DNA of 64,000 nt from an uncultured Actinomycetes bacterium (GTDB lineage Bacteria > Actinomycetota > Acidimicrobiia > IMCC26256 > DASPTH01): contig CAWARX010000002.1 of NCBI GenBank assembly GCA_963784595.1, positions 34,057-98,056 on the forward strand. Reading direction: 5' to 3'. Below are positions 27,181-35,577 of this stretch, piece after piece; position 1 is the first letter of the stretch; each line of letters begins with the position of its first letter. Both the position numbers and the translations under genes were made by a program. The notes under the pieces were generated by a model, which made no database searches, was not told the DNA's origin, and worked only from the letters and a program-made list of their open reading frames with translations.

Positions 27181-29463
27181 ATGGCGACGACCGACCGGCG
27201 AGACGCTGACGGAGGGATCCTGGAAGGGATCCGGATCGTCGACCTGTCCGACGGCATCGCCGGGCCGGTGGCGACGCTGATGCTGGCCGAAGCCGGCGCC
27301 GACGTGATCGCCGTCGAGCCCCCCGGCGGTGCCGCCATCCGCGCCACCGCGGGATTCCACACCTGGATGCGCAGCAAGCGCAGCGTCGTGCTCGACGTCG
27401 AGCAGCCCGACGACCGCGCCATGCTCGACGACCTGCTGACCGCAGCCGACGTGGTGGTCCACAACCACGGACCGACCCGCGCCCGCGAGCTCGGGCTCGA
27501 CGACGCGACGCTCGCCGAACGCCACCCGCAGCTGATCGTCTCGTCGATCCTCTCGTGGCCGGCCAACCACGTCGACGCCGACCGGCCCGTCGACGAGCTC
27601 CTCGCCCTCGCCCGGCTCGGCATCCTCGACGAGCAGCAGGGCTACCGCGACGGGCCCATCTTCCTCCGTTGCCCGATCGGGAGCTGGTGCGCCGCGCACC
27701 TCGGCGCCATCGGCATCGTGGCCCGGTTGATCGCCCGCGGACGCACGGGCCGCGGCGGACCCGCGCACACCAGCCTGGCCCAGGGCGCGCTCGTCCCGAT
27801 GGCGATGCACTGGCGGCGCGTCGAACAGCCGTCGCCCTCGCTCGCCATCGGCATGCCCAAGGAGCAGACCGGTGCGTCGCTGTTCGAATCCGGCGACGGT
27901 GTCTGGCTGCACCTGATGGGCGAACCGACCAAGTCACCGTTGTTCCGCGAGGCGATGGCCCGGGTCCGCCCGGAGGGCCAGCGCAACGACCCGAACGCGC
28001 TGTTCGGCATCTTCGACGGCTGGGCCGACGCGCTGATGCTGCACCCCAGCGCAGAATGGCTCGAATCCTTCTGGGCCAGCGACGTACCCGTGCAGCCCGC
28101 ACTCGCGCCCGGTGAGATCTTCGACGACGAGCAGGCGCGCGCCAACGCCTACGTGATCGAGGTCGACGACCCGACGCTCGGGCGCATCGCGCTCGCCGGG
28201 TCACCGATCACCGTCGAACCCCCCACCCGGGTGCGCAACCTCGCACCCGCGCTCGGCGCGCACACGCGCGAGGTGCTCGCCGAGTGGCAACCGCGCGAGC
28301 ACGCGCCCGTACCGCCCGCCGGCGCCGACGAGCTGCGCTGGCCGCTCCAAGGCGTGAAGGCCGTCGACGCGGGCGGATTCCTCGCCGGCCCGCTCGGGCC
28401 CATGCTGCTCGCCGACCTCGGCGCCGACGTGGTGAAGGTCGAGGCGACGACCGGTGAAGGCATGCGCAACGTGGAGTGGGCGTTCTTCGGCTGCCAACGC
28501 GGCAAGCGGGGCGTCGCCCTCGACCTCAAGGCACCCGCGGCGCGACCCGCGGTCGAGGCGCTCCTCGGCCAGGCCGACATCTTCCACCACAACGTGCGCA
28601 TGCCGGCCGCGCGCCGCCTCGGCATCGACGAGGAGTCGGTGCGCGCCGTCAACCCCGACATCATCTACTGCCACGCCAGCTCCTACGGACCCCGCGGGCC
28701 GCGCGCCGACTGGCCCGGGTACGACCAGCTCTTCCAGTCGTCGTGCGGCTGGGAGGTCGCGGGCGCCGGCGAGGGCAACCGGCCGATGTGGCACCGGCTC
28801 GGTTTCATGGATCACCTCTGTGCGATGGGTTCGCTCATCTCGACCCTCCTCGCGCTCTACCACCGCGACCGCACCGGACAGACGCAGTTCGTCGCCGGCT
28901 CCCTGCTCGGAGGCGGTGTCCTCACCTGCAGCGAGACGTACCTCGACGCGTCGGGCAAGACCGTGCCGATGCCCGTGCTCGACCACGAGCAGACCGGCAC
29001 CGAGCCCGGGTACCGCATCCTGGAGGTCGCCGACGGGTGGATCGCGATCGCGGCCACCACCGACGACCAGCGTGCGGCGCTCCGCCGGGTCGCCGACGTG
29101 GAGGTTCTCGACGACGCGCCGGCCGCGTTCGCGTCGCGCACGTCGACCGACGCGCTCGCGGCGCTGGAAGCGGCGGGCGTGCCGTGCGAGGCGGTCCGCC
29201 TCGACCAGCGTGGGCCGTTCTTCGCCTCGGCCGACAACGACGCCGCCGGTCTGATCGCGCGCTATCGACACGTCGACTACGGGGACGTCGAGCAACCCGG
29301 CGCGTTCTGGGCGTTCGGCGATCTCGACGTGAAGCTCGACCGCGCGCCACCGGGGCTCGGCCAGCACACGATCGAGGTGCTGACCGAGGCCGGCCTCGAT
29401 CCCGCCGTCATCGACGCGCTGGTGGCCGACGGTGCCGCCTACGCGGGGAAGGGTTCCGCATGA
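27181..29463 (+). CDS. CoA transferase, tandem fusion of two CaiB/BaiF (family III) modules
   Basis: 760 aa. Two N-terminal-type motifs: GIRIVDLSDGIAGPVATLMLAEAGADVIAVEPP and GVKAVDAGGFLAGPLGPMLLADLGADVVKVE. Confidence 0.85.
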   Translation: MATTDRRDADGGILEGIRIVDLSDGIAGPVATLMLAEAGADVIAVEPPGGAAIRATAGFHTWMRSKRSVVLDVEQPDDRAMLDDLLTAADVVVHNHGPTRARELGLDDATLAERHPQLIVSSILSWPANHVDADRPVDELLALARLGILDEQQGYRDGPIFLRCPIGSWCAAHLGAIGIVARLIARGRTGRGGPAHTSLAQGALVPMAMHWRRVEQPSPSLAIGMPKEQTGASLFESGDGVWLHLMGEPTKSPLFREAMARVRPEGQRNDPNALFGIFDGWADALMLHPSAEWLESFWASDVPVQPALAPGEIFDDEQARANAYVIEVDDPTLGRIALAGSPITVEPPTRVRNLAPALGAHTREVLAEWQPREHAPVPPAGADELRWPLQGVKAVDAGGFLAGPLGPMLLADLGADVVKVEATTGEGMRNVEWAFFGCQRGKRGVALDLKAPAARPAVEALLGQADIFHHNVRMPAARRLGIDEESVRAVNPDIIYCHASSYGPRGPRADWPGYDQLFQSSCGWEVAGAGEGNRPMWHRLGFMDHLCAMGSLISTLLALYHRDRTGQTQFVAGSLLGGGVLTCSETYLDASGKTVPMPVLDHEQTGTEPGYRILEVADGWIAIAATTDDQRAALRRVADVEVLDDAPAAFASRTSTDALAALEAAGVPCEAVRLDQRGPFFASADNDAAGLIARYRHVDYGDVEQPGAFWAFGDLDVKLDRAPPGLGQHTIEVLTEAGLDPAVIDALVADGAAYAGKGSA

Positions 29464-29909
29464 CACCGGCTTCGGCTCCACCGGCCGTCACACCGCCGCC
29501 GATCCCGACCCCCGACGCGACCACTCAATTCTTCTGGGACGCGGTGGCCCGCCGCGAGCTGTGGATCCAGCGCTGCCAGGCGTGTGGCCACTATCTCCAC
29601 TTCCCGAAGATCATCTGCCGCTTCTGCCAGTCCGAGGACCTCGCCGGCGAGCCGGTCTCGGGCCGGGCCACGCTCTACGCCTGGACCATCGCGGTCCAGC
29701 CGTTCCTCCCCTTCTACGTCGACCGGATCCCCTACACCGTGGCGACGGTCGAGCTGATCGAGCAGGCCGGGCTGATGTTCCTCACCCAGATCGTCGACTG
29801 CGCCGAGGACGACCTGCGCATCGGCATGCCGCTCGAGGTCGTGTTCGAGCAGCTCGCACCCGAGCTCACACTGCCGTTCTTCCGCCCCGCGACCGACGGG
29901 GCTGCGTGA
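29460..29909 (+). CDS. Zn-ribbon/OB-fold protein (DUF35 family)
   Basis: The frame of ORF 28476..29909 is used from the ATG at 29460 (ATGA overlap). CQACGHYLHFPKIICRFC zinc ribbon followed by an OB-fold region. Confidence 0.85.
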   Translation: MTPASAPPAVTPPPIPTPDATTQFFWDAVARRELWIQRCQACGHYLHFPKIICRFCQSEDLAGEPVSGRATLYAWTIAVQPFLPFYVDRIPYTVATVELIEQAGLMFLTQIVDCAEDDLRIGMPLEVVFEQLAPELTLPFFRPATDGAA

Positions 29910-31063
29910 TGGCGACCGGCCAGCGCGTCGCCATCGTCGGCCTCGGCTACTCGCAGGTCGGGCGCAAGAGCGGGCTGTCGATGGACCAGCACGTCGTCCA
30001 GGCGACGAAGGCCGCCCTCGCCGACTCCGGGCTCTCGATGCGCGACCTCGACGGGATCGCGTGCGTGGGCACCGAGCCGCTCGCCAACGCGTGGATGCTG
30101 GGCGTCGAGCCGTTGAACTGGTTCGCCTCCGGCATGATGGTGCCGGCGTTCTCCTACGCGGCGACGCAGGCCATCGCGGCGATCGCGGCAGGCTTCTGCC
30201 ACACCACACTCGCCCTGCGCGTGATCATGCAGCAACCGAGCGGGGCCGCCCTCGCCAAGGGCGACACCAATCACCCCATGACCGCGATGATGGCGGCCGC
30301 GGCCGGCGACCGGCAGTGGCTCACCCCGTTCGGGGCCGGGAGCCCCACCCAGTGGGCCGGGCTGTTGACGCAGCGGTACATGTCGCAATACGGCGCGACC
30401 GAAGAGGACTTCGGCCGACACGTGATCGCGCAGCGGTACCACGCGTCGATGAACGACGACGCCATCTTCCGCGACCCCCTCACCATGGACGACTACCTCG
30501 CGGCGCGCTACGTGTCGAAGCCTCTGCGCATCCTCGATTGCGACTACCCGGTCGACTCCGGCTCGGCGGTGATCTTCACGACCGAGGAGCGTGCCCGTGA
30601 CCTCGACCAGCCGGTCGTGCTCGTCGATTCGTACGCGCTCACGGCCATCCGCGACCTGAACTTCGAGATCCTCTCCGACATGGTCCACACGTCGCCCACG
30701 CCGTGCGCGAAGAGCCTGTGGGAACGCACCGACCTGACGCCCGGCGACGTCGACACCGCGCAGCTCTACGACGGCTTCTCGATCATCGTGTTCCAGTGGC
30801 TCGAGGCACTCGGCTTCTGCGGTGAGGGAGAAGCCGGCGCGTTCGTCGCCGAGGGCAACACCCGCCTCGGCGGCTCGCTCCCCGTCAACACCGACGGCGG
30901 TGCGTGCAACGTCGGACGCCGTCACGGCGCGAACTTCTGCATCGAGGCGACTCGTCAACTCCGGGGCCAGTGCGGCGAACGCCAGATCGACGGTGCCGAG
31001 GTCGCAGTGTTCACCAACGCGGTGGGCCCGTTCGCCGGTGCGGCACTCCTCACGAAGGGCTGA
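29909..31063 (+). CDS. thiolase-like protein (SCP-x / lipid-transfer-protein type)
   Basis: The frame of ORF 29432..31063 is used from the ATG at 29909 (TGATG overlap). Thiolase fold with C-terminal NTDGGACNVGRRHGANF. Confidence 0.85.
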   Translation: MATGQRVAIVGLGYSQVGRKSGLSMDQHVVQATKAALADSGLSMRDLDGIACVGTEPLANAWMLGVEPLNWFASGMMVPAFSYAATQAIAAIAAGFCHTTLALRVIMQQPSGAALAKGDTNHPMTAMMAAAAGDRQWLTPFGAGSPTQWAGLLTQRYMSQYGATEEDFGRHVIAQRYHASMNDDAIFRDPLTMDDYLAARYVSKPLRILDCDYPVDSGSAVIFTTEERARDLDQPVVLVDSYALTAIRDLNFEILSDMVHTSPTPCAKSLWERTDLTPGDVDTAQLYDGFSIIVFQWLEALGFCGEGEAGAFVAEGNTRLGGSLPVNTDGGACNVGRRHGANFCIEATRQLRGQCGERQIDGAEVAVFTNAVGPFAGAALLTKG

Positions 31064-31072
31064 GGTCATCCG

Positions 31073-31825
31073 GTGCGATTCGACGGCAAGGTCGCGTTCA
31101 TCACCGGTGGCGGCGTGGGCTTCGGTCGCGCGTTCGCCCGCGCCCTCGCCGCGGAAGGCGCGTCGATCGTGATCGCCGACATCGACGGCGACGCCGGCGC
31201 GGCGCTGGCCCTCGAGTTGGAGGGTGCCGGCACGCCTGCGCTTGCCGTCGTGTGCGACGCCGCCGACGAGCGCCAGGTGCAGGCGGGCATCGACGCCACG
31301 GTGGAACGGTTCGGTGGCGTCGACGTCCTGATCAACAACGCCGGGAAGCATCTCACGAAGTACAACCAGCCGTTCTCCGTGCTCGAACGTGAGGAAGTCC
31401 GCGCGCTCTTCGACGTCAACGTCATCGGGGTCGTGAACTGCTCGGTCGCGGCCCGGCCGTCGATGGCCGCCCGCGGCGGTGGCGTGATGCTCAACATCTC
31501 GTCGATGGCCGCGTACATGAGCACGACGCCCTACGCGGTGTCGAAGCTCGCGGTGCGCGGCCTCACCATCGCGTTCGCCACCGAGTTCGCGGGTGACGGG
31601 ATCCGGGTGAACGGGATCGCGCCCGGGCTCATGGCCACCGAGAACGCGATGGACGACCTGCCCACCGCGCTCGTCGACGAGTTCGTGAACGACCGTCAGC
31701 TCGTCCACCGCCTGGGGCAGATGGACGACATCGTGCGGGCGATGCTCTACCTCTGCTCCGACGAGTCGACGTTCGTCACCGGCGAGACGCTGAAGGTCTC
31801 CGGCGGCCTCCCGCTCTTCCTCTGA
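31073..31825 (+). CDS. SDR family oxidoreductase
   Basis: TGGGVGFG, NNAG and YAVSK motifs. Confidence 0.9.
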   Translation: MRFDGKVAFITGGGVGFGRAFARALAAEGASIVIADIDGDAGAALALELEGAGTPALAVVCDAADERQVQAGIDATVERFGGVDVLINNAGKHLTKYNQPFSVLEREEVRALFDVNVIGVVNCSVAARPSMAARGGGVMLNISSMAAYMSTTPYAVSKLAVRGLTIAFATEFAGDGIRVNGIAPGLMATENAMDDLPTALVDEFVNDRQLVHRLGQMDDIVRAMLYLCSDESTFVTGETLKVSGGLPLFL

Positions 31826-31826
31826 C

Positions 31827-31854
31827 GCTCAACCCTGGCAGCTCAACCCTGGCA
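31827..31854. repeat. perfect 14-bp tandem duplication (gctcaaccctggca x2) that includes the stop codon of the LLM gene
   Basis: Units at 31827-31840 and 31841-31854, read directly from the sequence. Confidence 0.95.
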
Positions 31855-32742
31855 GTACGTCTCGCCGAACGCGCTCGTGAAGTCGAGGGTCTCGGACGGC
31901 CGTCCGGGCGGCGGGCCCACGCTCACCCAGTTGACGCCGACCGAGGCCAACTCGGCGATCGTGTCCTGGTGCCGGGCGACGTCCTCGGTCGGTCGGTCGA
32001 TCCCCTCGCCCGTGTAGCTCATGCAGAAGTCGAGCTCCCCGGCCCGGTCGCCGGCCATGTCCTTCACGTGGGCGATCTTGTCGCCGAGCTCCGCGATCGT
32101 GGTGAGCGCGGGTGACCGGGTGCTGCGCGCCATCTCGGCCGGTTGACCGAGGGGCATCCACCCCTGGGCCCGCTCGGCCACCCGCCGCAGCGTGACCTTG
32201 GCGTTGCCCCCGATCCAGATCGGGATCGGATCCTGCGCGGGCCGCGGCCGCTGGATGACACCCCGGGCGTCGAAGTGCCGACCCTTGGCGTCGAACGGCT
32301 CACCCGACCACGCGAGCGGCAGGACGTCGAGGGTCTCGTCGAAGAGCGCGTTGCGCTCCTCGAAGTCGACGCCGAGGGCAAAGAACTCGGTCTTGTGGTA
32401 GCCGGTGCCCAGACCGAGGATGAAGCGGCCACCGGAGAGACGGTCGAGGGTGGCCGCCGTCTTCGCCAGCAGGAACGGGTTGCGGTACGGAGCCACCGCC
32501 AGGTAGGTCAACAACCGGAGGTGCTCGGTGACCGCCGCCGCGAACGCCAGGCCCACGAAGGGATCGAGCGTCTGGTGCCCACCATGGTCGAGCCAGTTGG
32601 CACCCGGGATGGGGTGCTCGGTGAGGGCGAAGCCGTCGAAACCGGCCTGCTCCACGGCGACCGCGACGTCACTGATCTCGCCGGAATCGAGCAGGTCGCG
32701 CTCGAGCCCGTTGACCTCCGGGTAGTTGAAGACGAACTTCAC
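31843..32742 (-). CDS. LLM class F420-dependent oxidoreductase
   Basis: 299 aa with a luciferase-like TIM barrel (GFDGFALTEHP, GGRFILGLGTGY). GTGA overlap with the upstream ligase gene. Confidence 0.85.
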   Translation of the reverse strand: MKFVFNYPEVNGLERDLLDSGEISDVAVAVEQAGFDGFALTEHPIPGANWLDHGGHQTLDPFVGLAFAAAVTEHLRLLTYLAVAPYRNPFLLAKTAATLDRLSGGRFILGLGTGYHKTEFFALGVDFEERNALFDETLDVLPLAWSGEPFDAKGRHFDARGVIQRPRPAQDPIPIWIGGNAKVTLRRVAERAQGWMPLGQPAEMARSTRSPALTTIAELGDKIAHVKDMAGDRAGELDFCMSYTGEGIDRPTEDVARHQDTIAELASVGVNWVSVGPPPGRPSETLDFTSAFGETYCQG

Positions 32743-34304
32743 GAGCTCCCCGCCTCTCCGAGCTGCTTCACCAGTTCGTGCTTGAGGATCTTCATGGTCG
32801 CGTTGCGCGGCAGGGTATCGACCACCTCGAGCTGCTCGGGGATCTTCTGCGCCATCAAGCCCGCCTCGCGGCAGAAGTCCTTGAGCTCCGGGAACGTCAA
32901 CGGCGTCTCGCCCGCCGGGGTCTCGACCACCGCGCAGACCCGTTCACCCCGATCGCGGTCGGGCAGACCGATCACCGCGACCGCGGCGACCTTGGGATGC
33001 GTCTGCAGGAGGTCTTCGATCTCGCGCGGGCTGATGTTCTCGCCCTTGCGGATGATCATCTCCTTGCTCCGACCGGTGAGCACGATGTGACCGTCTTCGC
33101 GCAGGTAGCCGCGATCGCCCGTGGTGAAGAATCCGTCGGCGCCGAACGCCGCGGCCGACAACTCCGGATCGGTGTAGCCCTTGGCCAGCATCGGCCCGCG
33201 CACGCGCACCTCACCGGCGACGCCGGCGGGCACCGGCCGCCCGTCGTCGTCGACGACCTGGATCTCGCACCCCGTCACGGCCGCGCCGTCGGTGTTGGCG
33301 AGTTGCTCGTCGTCGTCGCCCACCGCGCCGCTGGCGATCATCGGGCACTCGGTCATCCCGTAGCCGTGGAGGATCGGGATGTGCATCTCGGCGCGCACCT
33401 CGCGGAAGACCTCCGGCGGCTTCGGCGCCCCGCCCCCCGCGAGGATCCGCAACGACGGGATCACCGGCTTCGACGGATCCTTCCGCTGCTCGTTGAGGTA
33501 CGCGAGGTAGAAGGCGGTGCTCCCCCCGGCCGCGGTCACGTGGTGGCGGTTGAACACCTCGACGGCTCCCGCGGGATCGAACGTCTCGAGCAGCACGGTC
33601 GGCATGCCGTGCGCCAGCACCATCACCAGGTAGTCGGGACCGCCGATGTGCGTGCACGGGAACGCGATCGAGCCGACGTCGTCCGCCGCGGGTTGCATCG
33701 CGATGGCCAGGCCGATGCCCCCGGCGATGAGCCCGGCGTCGCTGTGCATCACGCACTTCGGCGCGGCCGTCGTCCCCGAGGTCGAGTAGAGCCAGCGCAC
33801 CGCGTCGCCGTCGGTGGGCGGCGGTGGCAGCGTCGCAGGCTTGCCCTCGGGGAGTTGGCCCTCGGGCCGCGTGGCGTCGACGACGAGGACCTCGAACACC
33901 TGGCCGCTGCTCTCCTGCAGGCCCCGCGCCATGGCCTCGTAGTCGAAGCCGCGCCACGTGCCGGGGACCGCGAACCACCGCACCCCCGCCTGCGCCAGCA
34001 CGGATCCGACCTCCCGCTCGCGGTAGATCGGGATGATCGGCACCTGGGTGCTGCCGAGGCGGGCGAGCGCGAACGACAGCACGATCGACTCGATGCGGGT
34101 GGGGAGCTGCCACGCCACCGGCGTGTCGGCACTCACGCCGAGCCCGAGGAGGCCGGCCGCCACGCGTTCGCAGTGGTCACGGAACCCACCGAACGACACC
34201 GTGCGATCGTCCTGGTCGATCAGCATCGTGTCGTCGGGGTTCAGAGCGGCCCGCCGCTCCACCAACTCCCACAACGTCGTCGCGTCGTAGATCACTTCGG
34301 TCAC
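32739..34304 (-). CDS. AMP-dependent synthetase/ligase (acyl-CoA synthetase)
   Basis: AMP-binding motif LYSTSGTTAAPK, TGDRGY, and a C-terminal lysine region (PRNATMKILK). Confidence 0.9.
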   Translation of the reverse strand: MTEVIYDATTLWELVERRAALNPDDTMLIDQDDRTVSFGGFRDHCERVAAGLLGLGVSADTPVAWQLPTRIESIVLSFALARLGSTQVPIIPIYREREVGSVLAQAGVRWFAVPGTWRGFDYEAMARGLQESSGQVFEVLVVDATRPEGQLPEGKPATLPPPPTDGDAVRWLYSTSGTTAAPKCVMHSDAGLIAGGIGLAIAMQPAADDVGSIAFPCTHIGGPDYLVMVLAHGMPTVLLETFDPAGAVEVFNRHHVTAAGGSTAFYLAYLNEQRKDPSKPVIPSLRILAGGGAPKPPEVFREVRAEMHIPILHGYGMTECPMIASGAVGDDDEQLANTDGAAVTGCEIQVVDDDGRPVPAGVAGEVRVRGPMLAKGYTDPELSAAAFGADGFFTTGDRGYLREDGHIVLTGRSKEMIIRKGENISPREIEDLLQTHPKVAAVAVIGLPDRDRGERVCAVVETPAGETPLTFPELKDFCREAGLMAQKIPEQLEVVDTLPRNATMKILKHELVKQLGEAGSS

Positions 34305-34412
34305 CGCGGTGATGCCCCCTTGGCTCGTCGAGCCGTCGCTGCGCCGTCAACACTCTCGCGGCGGGACCGTCGCACGCAATGCGGGGCCGTGGGACGCACC
34401 GGGCCGACCGCC

Positions 34413-34438
34413 GGACCGGTCGGGCGGACCGGTCGGGC
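34413..34438. repeat. perfect 13-bp tandem repeat (ggaccggtcgggc x2), each unit containing the palindrome GACCGGTC
   Basis: Units at 34413-25 and 34426-38, in the divergent promoter region between the ligase and hydrolase genes. Confidence 0.95.
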
Positions 34439-34474
34439 GGCACGGCCGGCAACGAGGTCGTAGATTCCACGCGC

Positions 34475-35500
34475 ATGCAGACCGACCTGACCATCGACGT
34501 GAGCGAAGCGGCCGGGCTGGGGGAGACGCTCCGGACCCGGGCCACCGTGGTGCTCCCCGACCCGTCGACCCTCGGCGATCCGCCGGTCGTGTGCTTCGGG
34601 TTCCCCGGCGGGGGCTACAGCCGCGGGTACTTCACCTTCGACATGCCCGGCGCCGCGGGCGGGGGTGAAGCGGGCTGGCACACCGACCGGGGCTGGGTGT
34701 TCGTCGCGTGCGACCACCTGCTCGTCGGCGAGAGCGACGCGCCGTCCGACCCGAACCTGCTCACGCTCGAGGTGGTCGCCGCGGCCAACCACGCCACCGT
34801 CGCCGAGGTCATGCGCCGCCTCGAGGCGGGCGAGGTGACCGACGGCTTCCCGCCCGTCACCGGGGCCGTGAAGTTGGGGATCGGCCAGTCGATGGGCGGG
34901 TGCTTCACCATCGTGCAGCAAGGCCAACACGGCACCTTCGACGGCATCGGGATCCTCGGCTACTCGGCGATCCAGACCGTGTTGTGGATGCCACCGGGCT
35001 CACCCGACCTCGGCGCGGCGTTCGTGCCGCGGGGTTCGGCGGTGGTGGTGCTCGGCGCCGCCGAGGTCGCCGAGCAGACCCCGCAGTTCGGGCTGGACGA
35101 CGGCACCGGCCTTCCCGGCACCACGCCCGGCTTCCACTACGACGACGTGCCGCGCGACATCGTCGAAGCCGACATGCGCGACTACCCGACGCGCGGCGGC
35201 CGCGTCCCGTCGTGGGGCAGCGCGACCATGCCGCCGTGCGCGGTCACCATGCTGTCGCCGGGGGTGGTCGCGCCCGAAGCCGCGGTGGTCTCCGTGCCCG
35301 TGTTCGTGGGCGTCGGCGAGCGCGACGTGGTGCCCGACCCCCGCGCCGAGCCGCGCGCCTACGCGTGGTCGCGCGACGTGACCGTCTCGATCTGCCCGCG
35401 CATGTCGCACATGCACAACTTCGCTTCGACTCGGGAGCGGTTCTGGAACCGGATCCACGCGTGGGGCAATGGCGTGGCCTCCGACACCCGGCAGAGGTAG
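34475..35500 (+). CDS. alpha/beta hydrolase fold protein
   Basis: The frame of ORF 34379..35500 is used from the ATG at 34475. GQSMGG nucleophile elbow. Confidence 0.65.
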   Translation: MQTDLTIDVSEAAGLGETLRTRATVVLPDPSTLGDPPVVCFGFPGGGYSRGYFTFDMPGAAGGGEAGWHTDRGWVFVACDHLLVGESDAPSDPNLLTLEVVAAANHATVAEVMRRLEAGEVTDGFPPVTGAVKLGIGQSMGGCFTIVQQGQHGTFDGIGILGYSAIQTVLWMPPGSPDLGAAFVPRGSAVVVLGAAEVAEQTPQFGLDDGTGLPGTTPGFHYDDVPRDIVEADMRDYPTRGGRVPSWGSATMPPCAVTMLSPGVVAPEAAVVSVPVFVGVGERDVVPDPRAEPRAYAWSRDVTVSICPRMSHMHNFASTRERFWNRIHAWGNGVASDTRQR

Positions 35501-35577
35501 CGCTGGGTCACGCGCCGCGGTCGATGTCCACCAGGTCCGCCCACATCGGACACCCGGCGTCGTGCGTGGAAGGCAGC

